A stretch of DNA of 32,000 nucleotides from the NCBI RefSeq assembly GCF_000007145.1, contig NC_003902.1, positions 575,435-607,434 of the forward strand. Reading direction: 5' to 3'. This DNA is from Xanthomonas campestris pv. campestris str. ATCC 33913 (lineage in GTDB: Bacteria; Pseudomonadota; Gammaproteobacteria; Xanthomonadales; Xanthomonadaceae). Of the stretch, positions 24,382-32,000 are shown piece by piece; position 1 is the stretch's first letter; each line of letters begins with the position of its first letter. The notes under the pieces are model-generated. The model searched no databases. It was not told the DNA's origin and worked only from the letters and a program-made list of their open reading frames with translations. The position numbers and the translations under genes are program-made.

Positions 24382-25965
24382 TCAATGCCGGAAGTGGCGC
24401 ACGCCGGTGAACACCATCGCCAGACCGTGTTCGTCGGCGGCGGCGATCACTTCGCCATCGCGCATCGAGCCGCCCGGCTGGATCACCGCCTGGATGCCGG
24501 CCGCCGCTGCGGCATCGATACCGTCGCGGAACGGGAAGAATGCATCCGATGCCATCACCGAGCCGGCCACCGTAAGCTTGGCTTCTTCGGCCTTGAGCGC
24601 GGCGATCTTGGCGCTGACCACGCGGCTCATCTGCCCGGCGCCCACACCAATGGTGCGGCTGTCCTTGGCATACACGATCGCGTTGGATTTGACGTACTTG
24701 GCCACGCGCCAGGCAAACAGCAGATCGGCCAGTTCGGCATCGCTGGGTGCACGCTTGGTCACCACGCTCAGCTCGCCCAGGGACATGCCGCGGTTGTCGG
24801 CCGACTGCATCAGCAGGCCAGAGCCGATCCGCTTGGTGTCGTAGTTGTTGAGGCCCGCGCCGTGCGGGATCTTGAGCACGCGCACGTTGGCCTTCTTGGT
24901 CGCGTAGTCGAGCGCGCCGGGCTCGTAGTCCGGGGCGATCAGCACTTCGACGAACTGGCGGTCCAGGATGGCCTTGGCGGTGGCCGCATCCAGCGTGCGG
25001 TTGAACGCCAGGATGCCGCCGAACGCGCTGGTGGGGTCGGTGGCATAGGCCAGCTCATAGGCATCGCCGCAGGCCACGCCCACCGCCACGCCGCACGGGT
25101 TGGCGTGCTTGACGATCACGCAAGCCGGCGCATCGAACTGGCGCACGCATTCCCACGCCGCATCGGCATCGGCCAGGTTGTTGTAGCTCAGTTCCTTGCC
25201 CTGCAGCTGCTGGAAGGTCGCCAGCGTGCCCGGCACCGGATACAGGTCGCGGTAGAACGCGCCGGACTGGTGCGGGTTCTCGCCGTAACGCAGGTCCATC
25301 ACCTTGATGAAGTTGGAATTGATCTGCGCCGGGAACGGGCTACGCGTGGGCACGCTCTCCGCACTGTCGGCCACGGCCGAGAGATAGTTGCTGATCGCCG
25401 CGTCGTACTGCGCCACGCGGTTGAACGCGGCCACCGACAGCGCAAAGCGCTGGGCCGCCGAGAGCTGGCCGTTGTTGGCCTCCAGCTCGGCCAGCAGGTC
25501 GGCGTATTGCGCCGGGTCGGTGGCCACCGCCACGCGCGCGAAATTCTTCGCCGCGCTGCGCAGCATCGCCGGGCCGCCGATGTCGATGTTTTCCACCGCA
25601 TCGGCCAGCGTGCAGTCGGCCTTGGCAGTGACCGACTCGAACGGATACAGGTTGAGCACCAGCAGGTCGATCGGCGCGATGCCGTGTTCGGCCATTACTG
25701 CTTCGTCGACACCGGCGCGGCCGAGCAGGCCGCCGTGCACCAGCGGGTGCAGGGTCTTGACGCGGCCGTCCATCATTTCCGGGAAACCGGTCAACTCGGC
25801 TACGTCCTTCACCGGCAGGCCCGCATCGCGGATTGCCTTGGCGGTGCCGCCGGTGGACAGCAGCTCGACATTGCGCGCCACCAGCGCGCGGGCCAGGTCA
25901 ATCAGGCCGGTTTTGTCGGAAACGGAGAGCAGGGCCCGGCGCACGGGCAGGAAATCAGAGGCCAT
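24382..25965 (-). CDS. purH: Bifunctional AICAR transformylase / IMP cyclohydrolase
   Basis: 527-aa ORF ...[47 protein letters not shown]...FTGVRHFRH, a canonical PurH. Confidence 0.97.
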
Positions 25966-26022
25966 GGGTGAAAGGGCAGTCGTTGCGGGGCAGCCGATAT
26001 TGTAGGCTGCGCCAGCGCTCGA

Positions 26023-26655
26023 ATGGACTCAACCACCGGTATGGCCTCGATCTATGCTCTGAAAGGACGCTTCCAGGACCTGCTGCGGCCCATGGTTGGC
26101 GCGCTCTACCGCGGCGGCATCACCGCCAATCAGGTCACCCTGATCGCGGCGGCCATCTCGGTGCTGGTGGCCGCGGTGGTGTACCGCGCCGGCACCAGCT
26201 GGCCGCTGCTGTATCTGTTGCTGCCGGTGTGGATGCTGCTGCGCATGGCGCTCAATGCCATCGACGGCATGCTGGCGCGCGAGTTCGGCCAGCAATCGCG
26301 CCTGGGCGCCTACCTCAACGAGCTGTGCGACGTGTTTGCCGATGCAACCTTGTACTTGAGCCTGCTCGGCGTGCCCGGCGTCAACGCCAGTGCGCTGTGG
26401 AGCTTTGCGCTGCTGGCCGCGCTGACCGAATACGCCGGCGTGCTCGGGCTGATGGTCGGCGCCGGCCGCCGCTACGACGGGCCGATGGGCAAGAGCGACC
26501 GCGCCTTCGTCATCGGTGCGCTCGGTCTGGCACTGGCGTTTGGCCTGCTCGGTGGGCATGGCGTCACCGGGGTCGCGCTGCTGCTGTGCCTGGCCTGCGC
26601 TGCAACCGTGTGGCGGCGCGTGCGCGCCGGCCTGGCCGACGCCGCTGCGCGCTGA
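26023..26655 (+). CDS. CDP-alcohol phosphatidyltransferase family protein (variant motif)
   Basis: 210-aa polytopic ORF. The signature [26 protein letters not shown] (nt 26254-26331) fits D-x2-DG-x2-AR-x8-G-x3-D-x3-D, but with Asn at the first and third Asp positions. ATG 26041 is an alternative start. Confidence 0.8.
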
Positions 26656-26709
26656 CGCGCAGCGACCGGTTTTCTCGATCCCCAACCTCTTTCCCCTCAG
26701 GATGATCCG

Positions 26710-28473
26710 ATGCGCACAGTTGTAGAGCGCGAGTTCGCCAGTTTCGACGGTGCGCCCCTGTTTTATCGGCACTGGCCGGTGCAGGCCGCTGCCGATGCCG
26801 CAACGCCGCCCAAGGCCGTGGTGTTGCTGCACCGTGGGCACGAGCATTCCGGGCGGGTGATGCACCTGGCCGAAGAATTGCAGCTGCCGGACGCGCAGTT
26901 CTTTGCCTGGGATGCGCGCGGCAACGGGCGCTCGCCCGGCGCGCGCGGCGACGCGCCCGGCTTCGATGCGCTAGTGCGCGACCTGGACAGTTTCATTGCG
27001 CACATCGGTGCCACCCACGGCATCGCGGTGCAGGACATCGTGGTGATCGCGCAGAGCGTGGGCGCGGTGGTGGCATCCACCTGGGTGCACGATTACGCGC
27101 CGCCGCTGCGCGCGCTGGTGCTGGCCTCGCCGGCGTTCAAGGTCAAGTTGTATGTGCCGTTTGCACGCGCGGGGCTGGCGCTGATGCAGGCGCTGCGCGG
27201 CAACTTCTTCGTCAACAGCTATGTCAAGCCGCAGTGGCTGACGCATGATCCGGCGCGCGTGGACAGCTACCGTACCGATCCGTTGATCACCCGGCCGATT
27301 TCGGTGCGTGTGCTGCTGGGGCTGTATGCGGCGGGCGACCGCGTGGTGGCCGATGCGCAGGCGATCACCGTGCCGACCCAGTTGCTGGTCTCCGGCGCGG
27401 ATTTCGTTGTGCATCGCGGCCCGCAGGACCGCTTCTATGAGAACCTGCGCTCGCCGATCAAGCAACGGCATTTTCTGCCCGGGTTCTTCCACGACACCTT
27501 GGGTGAGCGCGACCGTGCGATAGCGATTGCGCAGATCCGTCAGTTCGTCAGCGAGCGCTTTGCGCAGCCACCGGTGCGCGCGGACCTGCGCGACGCGCAT
27601 CGTGCGGGACCGAGTTTCGAAGAAGCCGAACGCCTGGCCTGGCCGTCGCAACGCAACAGCCTGCAAGACCTGCGCTGGCGCGGTGTGCGTGCGGGCCTGC
27701 GGCTGGGTGGCACATTGTCCGAAGGCATCGCGCTGGGCCTGCAGACCGGCTTCGATTCCGGCAGCACGCTGGATTACATCTATCGCAACCAGGCGCGTGG
27801 GCGCGGGCCGCTCGGCCGCATGATCGACCGCAATTACCTCAACGCCATCGGCTGGCGCGGCATCCGCATCCGTGGCGCGCATCTGGGCGAATTGCTGCGC
27901 GCAACCGCCACCCGCCTGCGCCAGGCCGGGCAACCGGTGCGCGTGTTGGACATCGCTGCCGGGCATGGCCGCTACGTGCTGGAAGCGCTGGGCAGCGGCG
28001 CGCAACGCGCCGATGCGATCGTGCTGCGCGACTTCAGCCCGCTCAATGTCACCCAGGGTGCGGCGTTGATCCAGGCGCTGGGTGCAGGCGACATCGCGCG
28101 CTTCGAGCAGGGCGATGCGTTCGATCCAGTCTCGGTGGGCGCGGTGGACCCGGCGCCCACGCTGGCTGTGGTGTCGGGCCTGTACGAACTGTTTGCCGAC
28201 AACGACCAGGTGGCGCGCTCGCTCGCTGGCGTGGCCGCGGCGGTGCCGCCCGGCGGCTATCTGCTCTACACCGGGCAGCCCTGGCATCCGCAGCTGGAAT
28301 TCATTGCGCGCGCACTCACCAGTCATCGCGATGGCGTGGCCTGGGTGATGCGCCGGCGCAGCCAGCAGGAGATGGACGGCCTGGTGGAAGCGGCCGGGTT
28401 TCGCAAGGTGGACCAGCGCATCGACGCGTTCGGCATCTTCACCGTGTCGCTGGCGCAGCGGATCAACGCATGA
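26710..28473 (+). CDS. Fusion protein: alpha/beta hydrolase (lysophospholipase/monoacylglycerol-lipase-like) plus class I SAM-dependent methyltransferase
   Basis: 587 aa. The N-terminal part has VVLLHRGHEHSGR (HG/oxyanion region), IAQSVGA (A-x-S-x-G nucleophile elbow), and later GADFVV and FFHDTLGE (candidate Asp and His). The C-terminal part has VRVLDIAAGHGRY (SAM motif I), VLRDFSP and AVVSGLYELF. Confidence 0.85.
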   Translation: MRTVVEREFASFDGAPLFYRHWPVQAAADAATPPKAVVLLHRGHEHSGRVMHLAEELQLPDAQFFAWDARGNGRSPGARGDAPGFDALVRDLDSFIAHIGATHGIAVQDIVVIAQSVGAVVASTWVHDYAPPLRALVLASPAFKVKLYVPFARAGLALMQALRGNFFVNSYVKPQWLTHDPARVDSYRTDPLITRPISVRVLLGLYAAGDRVVADAQAITVPTQLLVSGADFVVHRGPQDRFYENLRSPIKQRHFLPGFFHDTLGERDRAIAIAQIRQFVSERFAQPPVRADLRDAHRAGPSFEEAERLAWPSQRNSLQDLRWRGVRAGLRLGGTLSEGIALGLQTGFDSGSTLDYIYRNQARGRGPLGRMIDRNYLNAIGWRGIRIRGAHLGELLRATATRLRQAGQPVRVLDIAAGHGRYVLEALGSGAQRADAIVLRDFSPLNVTQGAALIQALGAGDIARFEQGDAFDPVSVGAVDPAPTLAVVSGLYELFADNDQVARSLAGVAAAVPPGGYLLYTGQPWHPQLEFIARALTSHRDGVAWVMRRRSQQEMDGLVEAAGFRKVDQRIDAFGIFTVSLAQRINA

Positions 28474-29804
28474 ATGCAGGCGCGCGCCCGTTCGCTCGTG
28501 CCGCGCTATGGCTGGCGGTGTTGGGGCCGTTCTTCTTCCTCAGCTACGGGCTGGCCAATACCTTGGCTGGGCGCGCGGCCAGCGTGCCGTCGGTGGTGTT
28601 CGGCTGGGAACACGGCATGCCGTTCTGGCCGTGGACCATCGTGCCGTACTGGTCCATCGACGTGTTCTACGCGGTATCGTTTTTTACCTGCCGCACGCGG
28701 CGGCAACTGGACACGCATGCATTGCGCCTGTTCACCGCACAGCTGCTGTGCGTGAGCTGTTTCCTGCTGTGGCCGTTGCGCTACAGCTTCGTGCGGCCCG
28801 ACACCGAGGGCGTGTTCGGGTGGTTGTTTGCGGTGCTGCTGGGCTTCGATAAGCCGTACAACCAGGCGCCATCGCTGCACATCGTGCTGCTGGTGGTGTT
28901 GTGGGTGCGCTACGGCGCGCAGCTGCAGGGCATGTGGCGTTGGCTGCTGCATGGGTGGTTCGCGCTGATCGGCATCTCGGTGCTCACCACCTACCAGCAT
29001 CATTTCATCGATGTGCCCACCGGGCTGGCGGCCGGGTGGCTATGCGTGTGGCTGTTGCCCGAGCGCATCGCAGCACCGTGGACCGATGCACGCCTCGCGC
29101 GCGACCCGCGGCGCTGGCGGCTCGCGGCGCTGTATCTGGGTGGCGCAGGCGTGACGGCTGGCATGGCGCTGTGGCTGGGCGGTGCGGCACTGTGGCTGCT
29201 GTGGATGAGTGGCGCGCTGCTGCTGGTGGCGCTCAATTACGCACTGCTGGGGCCGGGCGGGTTTCAAAAGCGCAGCGATGGGCAACTGAGCCTGGCCGCG
29301 CGCTGGTTGTATGCCCCCTATCTGCTAGCGGCGTGGTGCAACTCGCGGCTGTGGACGCGGCGCGCGCCGTTGCCGCGTGCGGTGTGCGACGACGTGTGGT
29401 TGGGGCGGATTCCGTTGCCGGCGCAGCGCGCGGCATTCGCGGTGGTGGATGTCAGTGCGGAACTGTCGTTGCGCCATGCGCATGCGAACGACCGCATCAT
29501 TCCGATGCTGGATCTGGTGGCGCCGGCGCCCGCCAGCCTGCGTGCTGCCGCGCAGGCGATCGAGGCCGCGCGCGCGCATGGGCCGGTGCTGGTGTGCTGC
29601 GCGCTGGGCTATTCGCGCAGTGCGGCCAGCGTGGTGACGTGGCTGGTGCTCAGCCAGCGCGCGGCCAGCATCAGCGAGGCCATGGCCTGCGTGCGCGCGG
29701 CGCGCCCGTCGATCGTGCTGGGGCCTCATCACCAGGCGGCGATTGCCGCTGCGTGTGCCAATGATGCTGCGGCCGATGCGCTTATCGCGCAGGTGCCTGC
29801 ATGA
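28470..29804 (+). CDS. Fusion protein: PAP2-superfamily membrane domain plus dual-specificity (Cys-based) phosphatase domain
   Basis: 444 aa; the start overlaps the upstream stop (ATGA). The N-terminal polytopic part has KPYNQAPSLH and YQHHFIDV (PSxH and HxxxD, as in PAP2/PAP2_C). The C-terminus has VLVCCALGYSRS (the C-x5-R-S P-loop). Confidence 0.85.
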   Translation: MNAGARPFARAALWLAVLGPFFFLSYGLANTLAGRAASVPSVVFGWEHGMPFWPWTIVPYWSIDVFYAVSFFTCRTRRQLDTHALRLFTAQLLCVSCFLLWPLRYSFVRPDTEGVFGWLFAVLLGFDKPYNQAPSLHIVLLVVLWVRYGAQLQGMWRWLLHGWFALIGISVLTTYQHHFIDVPTGLAAGWLCVWLLPERIAAPWTDARLARDPRRWRLAALYLGGAGVTAGMALWLGGAALWLLWMSGALLLVALNYALLGPGGFQKRSDGQLSLAARWLYAPYLLAAWCNSRLWTRRAPLPRAVCDDVWLGRIPLPAQRAAFAVVDVSAELSLRHAHANDRIIPMLDLVAPAPASLRAAAQAIEAARAHGPVLVCCALGYSRSAASVVTWLVLSQRAASISEAMACVRAARPSIVLGPHHQAAIAAACANDAAADALIAQVPA

Positions 29805-30244
29805 CCGCGGTGATGACGCTGGCCAGCATGCGCGCGCTGTTGCGCCAGGGCGCGGCAATCGACCGCTGCGCGGTGCTGCTGCTGGCTGCTGCGGTGTTGT
29901 TGCTGGGCATCACTGATGCACCAACGGTTGCGCAAGTTGCCTATGCGCTGAGCGCGTTGGCCGGCCTCGCGCAGCGCTATTGGGCGTTTCGGGTGGGCCT
30001 GGACGCCGACCTGCTCGACGCGGTGCTCGGCCAGCTGGAACGCGGTCATGCCGATGACACCCAAGCCGCCCAGCAACTCGACCAGGCCTTGCAAGACATC
30101 GGGCTGCTCCGCCATGCCCCGCCCGTACGTGATTGGACTGCGCGGTGGCGCGGCATGCGCGGCCTGCTGCGCAGGCAGCTGCTGTGCGCCGCGTTGCAGG
30201 TACTGGTCTTGGCGATCGGCCTGCTGGCCAAGGGGATGCTGTGA
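29801..30244 (+). CDS. Small putative membrane protein, unknown function
   Basis: 147 aa with ATGA overlap to the upstream gene. Two hydrophobic segments (CAVLLLAAAVLLLGI and LLCAALQVLVLAIGLLA) flank a charged helical region. I recognised no family. Confidence 0.6.
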   Translation: MTAVMTLASMRALLRQGAAIDRCAVLLLAAAVLLLGITDAPTVAQVAYALSALAGLAQRYWAFRVGLDADLLDAVLGQLERGHADDTQAAQQLDQALQDIGLLRHAPPVRDWTARWRGMRGLLRRQLLCAALQVLVLAIGLLAKGML

Positions 30245-31749
30245 CCACCTCGCCGGCGGTGCCACTGCAGGCCACACCTGAGCAGCGCGCGTTATGGCTG
30301 CGGCTGCAGGCGTATGCCTTCGGCCCAGATGCGGATGCCTTGCCTGCCTTCGAGCGCCGCGTCGCCCAGCAGGCGCACTGCAGCGTGGCGGTGGCGCAGC
30401 AATTGGTAGAGGAATACCGGCGCTTCTGTTTTCTGGCCTGCACCAGCACCGCGCAGGCCACGCCCAGCCCCTTGGTCGATCAGGTCTGGCACACCCATCT
30501 CACCGACACCCGCGAGTACTGGGACAGCTTTTGCCCGCAGGTGTTGCAGGCCACGCTGCATCATCAACCCGGCCGCGGCAGCACCGCCGAGGATGCGCGC
30601 TTCCAGCAGCAATACCGCGCCACGCTGGAGCGGTATGAGCTGCAGTTTGGCGCGCCGCCGGCACTGCTGTGGCCGGCCCCGCGGCCGGCTCCCACAGCCG
30701 TGCCGGCGGCGCACGATGATGCGTCCGATGACGCGTCATCGGACGCGTTACGTGCGCTGCGCGGCGAGCCAGCGCCGCCGTCGGTCAGGCGACTCCCGCG
30801 CGCGGTCATCGGCTGGGCGTTTGCCGCAGCGGTCGCCGCCTGGCTTGCCTACTCGGCCAATGGCGGCGTACCGCAGCCGTTGCAATGGCGCGGGGTCCAC
30901 TTCCTGCCGTTTTTCATCACGTTGATCGCGCTGGGCTGGTCCACCTCGGCGTGGTTGCGGCGGGCATTGCGTGGTGGCCGCGCACGTGCGGTCGATGCCG
31001 TTGATGCCAGCGAATTCGCCTACCTGAGCGGTGGCGCCGATCGCGTTGCCGATCTGTTGTTCACCGAGTTGCTGGTGCGAAACGCGGTTTACCTGGACCG
31101 CGATGAGGATGCACAGGCACGGCGATGGGTGCGATGGCAGCCGCGCATTGCGGTGCCGCCTGCACTGGAACCGGCGCTGCAGGCGCTGCGCAGTGCCGAA
31201 GATCCCACCGTGGCCTGGCAGGCCCTGCGCGGGCTTGCCGGGCCGGTCAGACAGCAATTGATCGACAAGGGGCTGTGGCTTGCGCCTGGCGCTGCGCGCT
31301 GGGTGCGCGCTGTCAGCACCGTGCCGGTGGCAGTGGTGTGGGTGCTGGGCGCATGCAAGCTGGTGATTGGCGTGCAGGGCGGGTCTCCGGTGGGGTACCT
31401 GCTCGGCTGCATGGTGCTGACCAGCGTGCTGGTCCTGGGCTTTTTGCTGGTGCCGGTGCGGCGCACCCTGTCCGGTGATGCGCGTCTGCAGGCGCGCCGC
31501 CAGGCAGTGCGCCGCGATGCTGCGCGGACCGGCGCCGATCCGGGCGAGGCCGTGGCGCTGTACGGCACGGTGGCGTTGGTCGGCACACCCTGGGCCAGTT
31601 ACCACGAGATCCGCGCACCGAACACGCATCACCACGACAGCACGGGTAGCAGCTGCGGCGGTGGTGGTGACGGCGGCGATGGAGGAGGAGGCGACAGCGG
31701 CGGCGATGGTGGCGGCGGCTGTGGTGGATGTGGCGGGGGAGGCGACTGA
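30241..31749 (+). CDS. Membrane protein with a GRDP/DUF1399-like N-terminal domain, a TIGR04222-like membrane region and a Gly/Asp/Cys-rich tail
   Basis: GTG at 30241 (GTGA overlap with the upstream stop), in the frame of track ORF 30133..31749. The N-domain has ...YRRFCFLA...LVDQVWHTHLTDTREYWDSFC (the WHTHxL..xxY pattern of GRDP-type domains). About four TM segments follow. The C-terminus is SSCGGGGDGGDGGGGDSGGDGGGGCGGCGGGGD. Family names are from memory. Confidence 0.7.
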   Translation: MTTSPAVPLQATPEQRALWLRLQAYAFGPDADALPAFERRVAQQAHCSVAVAQQLVEEYRRFCFLACTSTAQATPSPLVDQVWHTHLTDTREYWDSFCPQVLQATLHHQPGRGSTAEDARFQQQYRATLERYELQFGAPPALLWPAPRPAPTAVPAAHDDASDDASSDALRALRGEPAPPSVRRLPRAVIGWAFAAAVAAWLAYSANGGVPQPLQWRGVHFLPFFITLIALGWSTSAWLRRALRGGRARAVDAVDASEFAYLSGGADRVADLLFTELLVRNAVYLDRDEDAQARRWVRWQPRIAVPPALEPALQALRSAEDPTVAWQALRGLAGPVRQQLIDKGLWLAPGAARWVRAVSTVPVAVVWVLGACKLVIGVQGGSPVGYLLGCMVLTSVLVLGFLLVPVRRTLSGDARLQARRQAVRRDAARTGADPGEAVALYGTVALVGTPWASYHEIRAPNTHHHDSTGSSCGGGGDGGDGGGGDSGGDGGGGCGGCGGGGD

Positions 31750-32000
31750 TGGCACACGAGACAACCGGGCTGCGTGCGCGGCAACGGCAGCTGGCACGCG
31801 CTTTGCGCGGACGCGGCGCCACACCCAATGGCGTGTCGTGGGTGGGCATCGCCTTCGCGGCGCTGGCTGGGCTGATGTTCTACATCGCCTTGAGCGCGCC
31901 GGCGCGCGAAGGTGCCGCGCCGCTGCTGCTGGCCCTGCTCGGGCTGCAGGGACGGCTGTGGTGCAACCGCCTGGATGGCGTGCTGGCGCGTCAGGCGCGG
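31749..32000 (+). CDS. Second CDP-alcohol phosphatidyltransferase family protein, 3' end beyond the window
   Basis: Not in the ORF track because there is no stop in the window. ATG 31749 overlaps the upstream TGA by 1 nt. My translation is MAHETTGLRARQRQLARALRGRGATPNGVSWVGIAFAALAGLMFYIALSAPAREGAAPLLLALLGLQGRLWCNRLDGVLARQAR. NRLDGVLAR is the start of the family motif, again with Asn at the first Asp position. Confidence 0.75.
   Translation, partial: MAHETTGLRARQRQLARALRGRGATPNGVSWVGIAFAALAGLMFYIALSAPAREGAAPLLLALLGLQGRLWCNRLDGVLARQAR

Noticed and set aside
22276-25971. Long plus-strand ORFs 22276..23673 (465 aa) and 24385..25971 (528 aa)
   Set aside because: They are near-perfect antisense shadows of purD and purH, which are unambiguous. 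This is the classic high-GC mirror-ORF artefact.
26029-28326. Minus-strand ORFs 26029..26865 (278 aa) and 26971..28326 (451 aa)
   Set aside because: They are antisense to the phosphatidyltransferase and hydrolase/methyltransferase genes. The products are His/Arg/Gln-rich with no motifs.
30133-30240. Upstream ATG (30133) as the start of the GRDP/TIGR04222-like gene
   Set aside because: It would overlap the preceding gene by 112 nt. GTG 30241 gives the same 4-nt overlap style (GTGA) seen at the other junctions of this operon. This remains uncertain without N-terminal data.

Overview
High-GC (about 65-67% in lines I counted) gammaproteobacterial chromosomal segment. Gene content and order, together with the palindromic GTAGGAGCGCGC...GCGCGCTCCTAC intergenic repeats, suggest Xanthomonas or a close Xanthomonadaceae relative; this is an inference with no database check. 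Most of the window is housekeeping core: sugE, coq7, rplM-rpsI, a tRNA-Met/tRNA-Gln pair, rppH, bfd-bfr, erpA, nudC, purH and purD. It also holds a hybrid histidine kinase with a REC-GGDEF-EAL regulator, a bactofilin pair, a CD225/DUF2752 pair, an MFS-acyltransferase fusion, a divergent LysR/MFS pair and a YccS-type membrane protein. Four things stand out. (1) At 26.0-32.0 kb there is a translationally coupled operon that runs off the window. It encodes two CDP-alcohol phosphatidyltransferase paralogs with Asp-to-Asn changes in the signature motif, an alpha/beta-hydrolase::SAM-methyltransferase fusion, a PAP2::dual-specificity-phosphatase fusion, a small membrane protein, and a GRDP-like/TIGR04222-like membrane protein with a Gly/Asp/Cys tail. 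This looks like an uncharacterised membrane-lipid head-group pathway. (2) A ~45% GC orphan gene of 232 aa sits exactly between purH and purD. (3) A ~60-bp direct repeat, with a 67-bp indel between the two copies, brackets a 5.6-kb module at 14.1-19.9 kb and has a low-GC patch at its left inner edge. (4) The response regulator has both its GGDEF and EAL signatures degenerate. Many long ORFs in the six-frame track are antisense or alternative-frame artefacts of the high GC content and were not called.
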